Source: Bacteroidales bacterium (lineage in GTDB: Bacteria > Bacteroidota > Bacteroidia > Bacteroidales > UBA12077). Taken from it: 64,000 nt of DNA. Of the stretch, positions 57,385-64,000 are shown one piece after another. A program made the position numbers and the translations under genes. Below the pieces are notes generated by a model. That model ran no database searches. It saw only the letters and a program-made list of their open reading frames with translations, and was not told where the DNA came from. Each line of letters starts with the position of its first letter. Positions within the stretch are counted from its first letter, which is position 1. The DNA lies in NCBI GenBank assembly GCA_018334675.1, contig JAGXLL010000002.1, positions 29,205 through 93,204 on the forward strand, in the 5' to 3' direction.

Positions 57385-57436
57385 GAAGGCTGTATAGGGA
57401 AACAAACCATGTTTCCACTATATAGCCTTCTTTTTT
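57385..57436 (+). terminator. Long terminator-like hairpin in the sigma-metE intergenic region
   Basis: GAAGGCTGTATAG-GGAAAC/loop/GTTTCC-A-CTATATAGCCTTC followed by TTTTTT. Confidence 0.75.
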
Positions 57437-57645
57437 GATTATTGTTCCGGAAAATCTCCCGTTATCCGCCTCCAAAACCAATTTTACAAAATAAAATTCA
57501 ACAAAATGGCCAGAGCGATGTATCTAACATAATGGCTGTTTGAAAAACCCGTCGCTCCGTACTTAAGGATAAGGCAGGGTCTGAGGGGCCTGCGCATCCA
57601 GATCTTAATAATAATACCAAAGTGATATAAAAGCATGAGGAGGAA

Positions 57646-59955
57646 ATGATGAAAACGCATATCTTAGGTTATCCGAGAATAGGAGCAAAAAGGGAAACCA
57701 AAAAGGCCTGTGAGCAATACTGGTCGGGTAAGATCACGCTGGAAGAACTGCTGGAGACAGGTAAACAACAAAGACAATACAACTGGCAGATTCAAAAGGA
57801 CGCCGGCATTGATCTGATCCCCGTCAACGATTTTTCCTTTTACGATCATATTCTGGATATAACATTAACCGTTGGGGCCATACCAGAAAGATTTCAGGCA
57901 TTGAAAGACCTGGACCCCAATGATCTCTATTTCGCCATGGCCAGGGGTTATCAGGAAGGCAACCATGATATCATACCCATGGAGATGACCAAATGGTTTG
58001 ATACCAACTACCATTACATTGTTCCGGAATTCAAAAAGGATCAACAATTCCGGTATTTTTCCGATAAGATCATCAACGAGTTCAGGGAAGGGAAGGCCTA
58101 TGGCATAGATGCCAAGCCCGTGATAACAGGTCCCGTTTCCTTTCTCCTGCTTGGTAAAGAAAAAGAAAAAGGATTCGACCGGTTGGACCTGTTAAACAAC
58201 CTTCTTCCCGTCTATAATAAGATCTTCTCCAAACTCCAGGAGGCCGGTGCTGAGTGGATCCAGTTGGATGAACCCTTCCTGGCCATGGACCTGAGCGATA
58301 AGCAAAAAGAACAATACAGGAGGGTTTATCAGCTGATCCGGGATAAATTTCCCTCCCTCAAGTTCATGCTGGCCACCTATTTCGAGGGTTTGCACGACAA
58401 CACAGACCTGGCGGTTTCTTTGCCGGCCGATGCCCTGCACCTGGACCTGATCAGGGACTCCGGACAGCTGGATGAAGTACTGGACAAAACAAGTGAACAT
58501 CAGCACCTATCCCTGGGTGTGGTGGATGGCAGAAACATATGGAAGAACGATTTCGATCATTCCCTCAAGATCATCAACCAGGCAAAGAAAAAGAAAGATG
58601 CCACCCGGCTGATGATTGCCCCATCCAGTTCATTGCTTCATACGCCCTATGACCTGGATCTGGAGGACGATGAAAAGAACCTGCCGGTGAGGATCAAGAA
58701 CTGGCTGGCCTTTGCCAGACAAAAGCTGGATGAGGTAAAAACACTGGGCCTTTTGGCCAATGAGGAGCCGGACCCGGAGGCTCAACACAAGCTGGGGGAA
58801 AACCGGGAAGCCATCAGGAGCCGCCGTCAGTCGGAGCTGATCCATAAATCCTCCGTCCGGCAAAGACTGAATGGTGTGACCCCCGATATGACCAGTCGTC
58901 AAAGACCTTTCAGCGAACGGCACAAAGAACAGGTTAAAGAGCTGAACCTGCCGGAATATCCCACCACCACCATCGGATCTTTCCCCCAAACAAAGGATGT
59001 ACGGCAGCTGCGGCGCCAGTTCAAACGCGGAGAAATCGACCGGGAGGAATACGAAAGCAGCCTGAGGGATAAAATACGGGAAGCCATCCGCAAGCAGGAA
59101 GAAGCCGGGTTGGATGTGCTGGTTCATGGTGAATTTGAGCGAAACGACATGGTGGAATATTTCGGCGAGCAGCTGGAAGGATTCCTCTTTACCAAAAACG
59201 GATGGGTTCAGAGTTATGGCACCAGGGGTGTCAAACCCCCCATCATTTTTGGGGATGTGGAAAGAAAAGGACCCATGACCGTGAAATGGTCGGCCTATGC
59301 CCAGTCACTCACCGATCGCCCGGTGAAGGGTATGCTCACCGGTCCGGTCACCATTCTGCAATGGTCCTTTGCCCGCGACGATCAGCCACGCAAAGATACG
59401 GCCCATCAGATTGCCCTGGCCATACGCGATGAGGTGAATGACCTGGAGGAATCAGGCATTAAGCTGATACAGATCGATGAACCGGCTTTCCGCGAAGGAC
59501 TGCCTCTGCGAAGAAAAGACTGGCAGGATTACCTGACCTGGGCCGTGCAGGCCTTCAGGATAGCATCATCCGGTGTGCGCGATGATACCCAGATCCACAC
59601 CCATATGTGCTACTCGGAGTTCAACGACATCATACAGGAGATCGCCAACCTCGATGCCGATGTCATCACCATCGAAACATCCAGAAGCCAGATGGAACTG
59701 CTGGAGGCCTTCGGCGACTTTCAATACCCCAATGAGATCGGACCCGGAGTATACGACATCCACTCCCCCCGCATCCCCTCATCCGAAGAAATGCAGGATC
59801 TGCTCAGAAAGGCCGCCGGGGTGATACCCAAACAACAGATCTGGGTGAACCCCGATTGCGGCCTGAAGACCAGAAAATGGGAGGAAACCTGGCCTGCATT
59901 GGAAAACATGGTGAGAGCAGCCAGGAACCTGAGGCATCAGGAGAATGGGCAATAA
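57646..59955 (+). CDS. metE: Cobalamin-independent methionine synthase
   Basis: LGYPRIG, MTKWFDTNYHY, PTTTIGSFPQT, HGEFERNDMVEYF, HTHMCYSEF, NPDCGLKTR. Confidence 0.98.
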   Translation: MMKTHILGYPRIGAKRETKKACEQYWSGKITLEELLETGKQQRQYNWQIQKDAGIDLIPVNDFSFYDHILDITLTVGAIPERFQALKDLDPNDLYFAMARGYQEGNHDIIPMEMTKWFDTNYHYIVPEFKKDQQFRYFSDKIINEFREGKAYGIDAKPVITGPVSFLLLGKEKEKGFDRLDLLNNLLPVYNKIFSKLQEAGAEWIQLDEPFLAMDLSDKQKEQYRRVYQLIRDKFPSLKFMLATYFEGLHDNTDLAVSLPADALHLDLIRDSGQLDEVLDKTSEHQHLSLGVVDGRNIWKNDFDHSLKIINQAKKKKDATRLMIAPSSSLLHTPYDLDLEDDEKNLPVRIKNWLAFARQKLDEVKTLGLLANEEPDPEAQHKLGENREAIRSRRQSELIHKSSVRQRLNGVTPDMTSRQRPFSERHKEQVKELNLPEYPTTTIGSFPQTKDVRQLRRQFKRGEIDREEYESSLRDKIREAIRKQEEAGLDVLVHGEFERNDMVEYFGEQLEGFLFTKNGWVQSYGTRGVKPPIIFGDVERKGPMTVKWSAYAQSLTDRPVKGMLTGPVTILQWSFARDDQPRKDTAHQIALAIRDEVNDLEESGIKLIQIDEPAFREGLPLRRKDWQDYLTWAVQAFRIASSGVRDDTQIHTHMCYSEFNDIIQEIANLDADVITIETSRSQMELLEAFGDFQYPNEIGPGVYDIHSPRIPSSEEMQDLLRKAAGVIPKQQIWVNPDCGLKTRKWEETWPALENMVRAARNLRHQENGQ

Positions 59956-59979
59956 GACCTGTTCCGGCCTCACTGCGGA

Positions 59980-60888
59980 TTATGGAACATCATGTCCCAG
60001 TGAGGCCGCGTATATTCCAAACCACTGCTCCCGGGTGAGGGGTATCTTCAGGGCATCCACAGCCCGGGCCAACCGCCCGGTCTTGCCCGTCCCAACCACC
60101 GGAATAATGCCTGCCGGATGCCGAAGTACCCAGGCATAAATCACCTTGTCCATGTCATCCACACCAAGCTGCCCGGCCACCTCTTCCAGTTTTTGCTTTA
60201 CCCGGAGCCCTCTGGCATCTGCAGGCTGATACAGGTTCCCTCCGGCAAGTGGCGACCAGCCCATGGGCCTGATCCGCTCCTTCATCAGGAAATCCAGGTT
60301 GCCATTCTCCAAATGCTCCAGCTGGTAAGGCGACACTTCAATCTGATTGGTCACCAGATCCCCGGAATAGTAACTGCTTAACATCTGATACTGCAGGGGG
60401 GTGAAGTTGGAAACACCAAAATGCAATACTTTGCCGTCTCTGAAAAGCCTCTCAAAAGCCTTGGCAGTGGAAGCAGGATCCATAAGGGGATCAGGACGGT
60501 GAACCAGCAAAAGATCGATATAATCGGTTTGAAGGTTCTTCAAAGACTGTTCTACACTGGATATGATGTGATCGTATCCCGTATCATAATGCTTCAGCTT
60601 TCTTTGAGGATATTTCGGTGATAAAAGCTTGATACCGCATTTGGTGATCAGCTGCATGCGCTTTCTTAACCCGGGTTTCAGTGTGAAAATCCTGCCGAAA
60701 AGTTGTTCGCAGGTATAATCGCCATAGATGTCGGCATGATCGAATGTGGTCACCCCCATATCAAGGGCCTCTTCCACATACTTAAGCAGTTTCCGGTCCG
60801 ACATATCCCATTGATCCAGACGCCATAATCCCTGGGCAATACCCGAGACAGTAAGATCTTCCGATAACTTTACATTTACCATAGACAT
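59980..60888 (-). CDS. Aldo/keto reductase (YdhF-like)
   Basis: DHADIYG, TKCGI, LLVHRPDP, GVSNF, WSPLAGG. Confidence 0.93.
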   Translation of the reverse strand: MSMVNVKLSEDLTVSGIAQGLWRLDQWDMSDRKLLKYVEEALDMGVTTFDHADIYGDYTCEQLFGRIFTLKPGLRKRMQLITKCGIKLLSPKYPQRKLKHYDTGYDHIISSVEQSLKNLQTDYIDLLLVHRPDPLMDPASTAKAFERLFRDGKVLHFGVSNFTPLQYQMLSSYYSGDLVTNQIEVSPYQLEHLENGNLDFLMKERIRPMGWSPLAGGNLYQPADARGLRVKQKLEEVAGQLGVDDMDKVIYAWVLRHPAGIIPVVGTGKTGRLARAVDALKIPLTREQWFGIYAASLGHDVP

Positions 60889-60900
60889 AGGCTTTTTACT

Positions 60901-61363
60901 TTATTTATTCGAAACTGTATTGGGGGAATCAAAATCCTTTTCTTTTCTTCGTTTTTGAATCTCTTCCACAGCGCGCTGCAGCACTTCATCTGTACCCCCG
61001 GATATACCGGAACGGGTTCTTTTTACATGGATATCAGGAACCACTCGCTGATTGCCGGACGGGTCATTATCGCCAGGCTGAATCTTTTCTCCCGGGAACA
61101 GGACCTTGACGTCTCCGGGCAGACTGATGCGGGTCATTCCGGGGGGCAGAGATGAAGTCGGTTTACCAACCAGAAACACGCCCTCCAGCAGGCTCAACTC
61201 ATGGGCCTGCAGGCAGGTGTTATCCCTAAGGGGGAAGATCATTCATCTCATCCCATCCATAGTGGTAACGGCTCACCACCTCCAAATGCCGTATGGAATC
61301 CTGTGCAGAGAGGTTGGTCAAAAAAAGAAAAAACAGCAGGGTATGTACAGCAACGTGTTTCAT
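60901..61363 (-). pseudogene. Decayed S41-family peptidase remnant
   Basis: 45-aa signal-peptide fragment (ATG 61363) is out of frame with a C-terminal fragment ISLPG...VVPDIHVK.T..GI..GTDEVLQRAVE; catalytic core absent. Confidence 0.55.
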
Positions 61364-61519
61364 AATTCTCCAAATCCCGGCAAAATAAAAGGCATCCGGC
61401 GGCGCCGTCTTTTACTTACCAGCATTGGGGAAACAGCCGCAGAATGCGAGTCTTTCTTTCAATCAAATGTAATACAATTTTTTCGGATGAAGGGAAAATC
61501 AAAAGAAGAAGGGGATCAA

Positions 61520-61572
61520 AAGAAAAAGAGCGTCTGAAGAAGCCGGATGTTGATTCCATGCTTTTCAGACGC
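61520..61572 (-). terminator. Probable terminator downstream of the Bor-like gene
   Basis: GCGTCTGAA...TTCAGACGC stem; minus strand continues with TCTTTTTCTTTT. Confidence 0.6.
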
Positions 61573-61598
61573 CCCGGTAACTTCATTGACCCCTGGCG

Positions 61599-61898
61599 CT
61601 ACTTCTCCACAGTCACCGTCCTGGACACCACCGTAACATAGGTGGTGAAGATATTGATGATCACATCCAGGGGAGCCTGTTCGGTGGTAATGGTGTAATT
61701 CTGTGCATCACCTGCCATCTCGCGGCTATCCACATCATTGAGAGGAACAAGCCCCCATAAAACAAACCATTGTCGTTCTTCCATACTGGTGTTGCCCTGT
61801 GCACCAGAGCCAACAGTGTGTACATGGGTTGCGCATGAGGCGAAAAAGAACATAACGCCCAGCATAAGAGCGGTTAATTTAAGTGCTGTTTTTTTCAT
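61599..61898 (-). CDS. Bor/Iss-like small lipoprotein
   Basis: Lipobox FASC, QWFVLWGLVP, SRTVTV. Confidence 0.75.
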   Translation of the reverse strand: MKKTALKLTALMLGVMFFFASCATHVHTVGSGAQGNTSMEERQWFVLWGLVPLNDVDSREMAGDAQNYTITTEQAPLDVIINIFTTYVTVVSRTVTVEK

Positions 61899-61920
61899 GA
61901 TACAAGTTTTGGTTAAACAA

Positions 61921-62490
61921 TTAAAGGTGACCTATCGAGCCAATAGAAGACTCAATCTTTCTGATTTCATCCTGATAAATATTGCGGGAGATAAAATAGT
62001 CGAAACGTACATTCGGATCGGCCTGACCTACAAAAAGCCTGAAAGAGACCCACCGGGAGCTCTGCAGCAGATACTGGGTAAATGACAAACCCTGATGTTC
62101 AAAATGACCTTCTCTCACATCCTGCCATGGTTCGCTGCCAAAAGGGTCGGAGGACAGGGATTGGGGCCCGGCAAACGGAGCGAGGGTATCTGAAAGGACA
62201 GAAACAACCATAAAGGCGGTAGAAGCGGAATCTTTATACACCTCCAGAATTTTTTTGAATTGAGAAGAATATTTGTTATCGATGCGTTCCTGAAAAACAT
62301 CTTCCTCAACGGAATTCCATCCGGCCGGCGGACAATACTGCAATTCATAATCGGCGATGTGAACCGCCTCCGACAATTGTGCACTGTCCACTCGAAATTG
62401 CATGCCTGAGCCGCCCGATCCCTGGTCCTTTGAATGGCAGGAAATACAGAAAACAAGATAGACCAAAACATACAGAGGTTTAAAATTCAA
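61921..62490 (-). CDS. Hypothetical lipoprotein
   Basis: Lipobox CISC, C-terminal IESSIGSI; TTG start uncertain. Confidence 0.65.
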   Translation of the reverse strand: MNFKPLYVLVYLVFCISCHSKDQGSGGSGMQFRVDSAQLSEAVHIADYELQYCPPAGWNSVEEDVFQERIDNKYSSQFKKILEVYKDSASTAFMVVSVLSDTLAPFAGPQSLSSDPFGSEPWQDVREGHFEHQGLSFTQYLLQSSRWVSFRLFVGQADPNVRFDYFISRNIYQDEIRKIESSIGSIGHL

Positions 62491-62807
62491 AACATTATAA
62501 GCTTAAGGTTTCTCTTAACCAAAAATACAAAAAAAATCCCTGTTATGCCATGGCCCGCTGGACTACAGACAACTACATCATCACCAACCATCTTATACAG
62601 AAGCATCAGCGAAGAAAATCTCCTTTGAAAAAACTTTTCAACATTTCTTTTTCAACATATTTGTAGATAATCCGACCCCCAACCGCCACTCAGCATAGTT
62701 CTTTTATTTTCAATTCAATATTTAACTTAAAATAAATTGCGAATCACTTGATTTTCTCATTCTAAATGCTATATTCGCAATAATTGCAAACAAGTTATTA
62801 ACAGCCT

Positions 62808-63548
62808 ATGCCTTACCGCAGACTTCCCAACACCGACAAAGCAAGAATGAGAGCCCTTAAAACAGCCCATGAACTAGGCAAAGAGATACCTCCCTTCAAA
62901 CTGGCCTTTTCACAGCAAACCCTGCAACGGCTCAGCTCATTTCTGCCCAAATACGAGAAAGCCCTTCAGGAATACAACAATACCTATAAAATACAAACTT
63001 CCAACCAGAAAGAATATCAGAACAGGCTGAAAAAAGCGAGGTTATACATCTCCCATTTCATTCAGGTGGTTAACATGTCGATTACCCGTGGGGAGATGCC
63101 ACCCAAAACCAGGACTTATTACGGCATGCAGGAAGACGAAAAAAAACTCCCCGCTCTCACCACTGAACAGGACCTCAAGAAATGGGGGTCGCGAATCATC
63201 GAGGGGGAAGAGCAACGTAAAAAAACGGGACTGCCACCGGTCACCAATCCCACCATTGCCGTTGTGAAAGTCAATTATGACAATTTCATCGATGCTTACC
63301 AGTTTCAGAAACAATTGCAGGAGAACCATCATCGGGCTGCCGAAAAGATACACGAAATGCGTAAGGAAGCCGATCAGATCATATCCAGCACCTGGGATGA
63401 AGTAGAAAGCACTTTTTCCGACCGGACCGATCAGCAAAGACGTTCCAAAGCAAAGGAATACGGAGTAGTTTATTTTTACCGGAAAAATGAACTGGGGAAA
63501 CTCAACTTTCAATACCTGCAAAACAACAGCGGAGCCTCACTCCTTTAA
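62808..63548 (+). CDS. Conserved Bacteroidota hypothetical helical protein
   Basis: MPYRRLPNTD.AR.RAL, YISHFIQV, II.GE..R, YGVVYFYRKNE. Confidence 0.8.
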   Translation: MPYRRLPNTDKARMRALKTAHELGKEIPPFKLAFSQQTLQRLSSFLPKYEKALQEYNNTYKIQTSNQKEYQNRLKKARLYISHFIQVVNMSITRGEMPPKTRTYYGMQEDEKKLPALTTEQDLKKWGSRIIEGEEQRKKTGLPPVTNPTIAVVKVNYDNFIDAYQFQKQLQENHHRAAEKIHEMRKEADQIISSTWDEVESTFSDRTDQQRRSKAKEYGVVYFYRKNELGKLNFQYLQNNSGASLL

Positions 63549-64000
63549 CCGCTGCCCATCCATATAGACGACCAGACAGCACAAAACGATCAACACCCCG
63601 CTTATCACCACGGTGGAGGGCTCTATCCCCAATGAATCGTAGCGGGATGAATGGAGCGAAGCGTCCTCCTGACTCACATAATAGTATATCACCGCACTGG
63701 CATTATTGATGAAATGCCCGAGGATGGGCAACCAGACAGAGCCGCTCCACAGAAACAAATACCCAAACAACACCCCCAAAAACATACGTGGTATCAGACC
63801 ATAAAACTGTACATGCATGGCGCTGAACAGAAAAGCAGCAATCAAAATGCCCAGGTGGGCATTGCGGGTCCATTGGGTAAGCACCTTCTGGATAATACCC
63901 CGGAAAATAAGTTCCTCTCCAACAGACGGCAGTAAGGCTACCATGAAAAGATTCAATGCCAGCATGGAAAGTGTATCGGCCTGGAGAAACTTGCCGGTGA
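63537..64000 (-). CDS. CPBP (Abi/CAAX) intramembrane protease (5' partial)
   Basis: EELIFRG, FSAMH, HFINN motifs; frame runs off the window end. Confidence 0.9.
   Translation of the reverse strand, partial: TGKFLQADTLSMLALNLFMVALLPSVGEELIFRGIIQKVLTQWTRNAHLGILIAAFLFSAMHVQFYGLIPRMFLGVLFGYLFLWSGSVWLPILGHFINNASAVIYYYVSQEDASLHSSRYDSLGIEPSTVVISGVLIVLCCLVVYMDGQRLKE

Noticed and set aside
52834-57645. Integrative element or prophage at tRNA-Asn
   Set aside because: No integrase, no duplicated tRNA 3' end seen, and the fibre gene has a signal peptide with no other phage genes
57149-57645. Cobalamin, SAM or SAH riboswitch upstream of metE
   Set aside because: B12-box (GCCACTG...GGGAAG), SAM-I/II cores and the full SAH consensus were not found by eye on either strand

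Overview
A 64 kb chromosomal segment from a Bacteroidota organism, most likely Bacteroidales/Marinilabiliales-like. Evidence: TAnnTTTG -7 promoters, T9SS C-terminal sorting domains, a short Bacteroidota-type RpoD and the sdhCAB type. Most of it is housekeeping: efp, tsaB, frr, pyrH, yceD-rpmF-plsX-fabH, trxA, dnaE, rpsP-rimM, tsaC, sdhCAB, recO, metE, tRNA-Gln and tRNA-Asn. No CRISPR array, integrase, transposase or prophage was recognised. The most notable region is 46.9-52.6 kb: an ECF sigma factor with a dual-membrane-spanning (Dma/Reo-like) anti-sigma whose N-terminal motif is triplicated with an exact 31-aa period, embedded among two pairs of paralogous envelope proteins, each preceded by the same ECF-type promoter motif. 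Other observations: two tandem Cache-HAMP-GAF-PAS receptors with no output domain; a T9SS-cargo plus S74-chaperone fibre pair after tRNA-Asn; an RRM plus second RpoD-like pair; two enzymes with altered catalytic signatures (GT4 and a class I aminotransferase); two deletion-derived gene remnants; and short-repeat intergenic patches. All family assignments are by eye from motifs; no database search was run.
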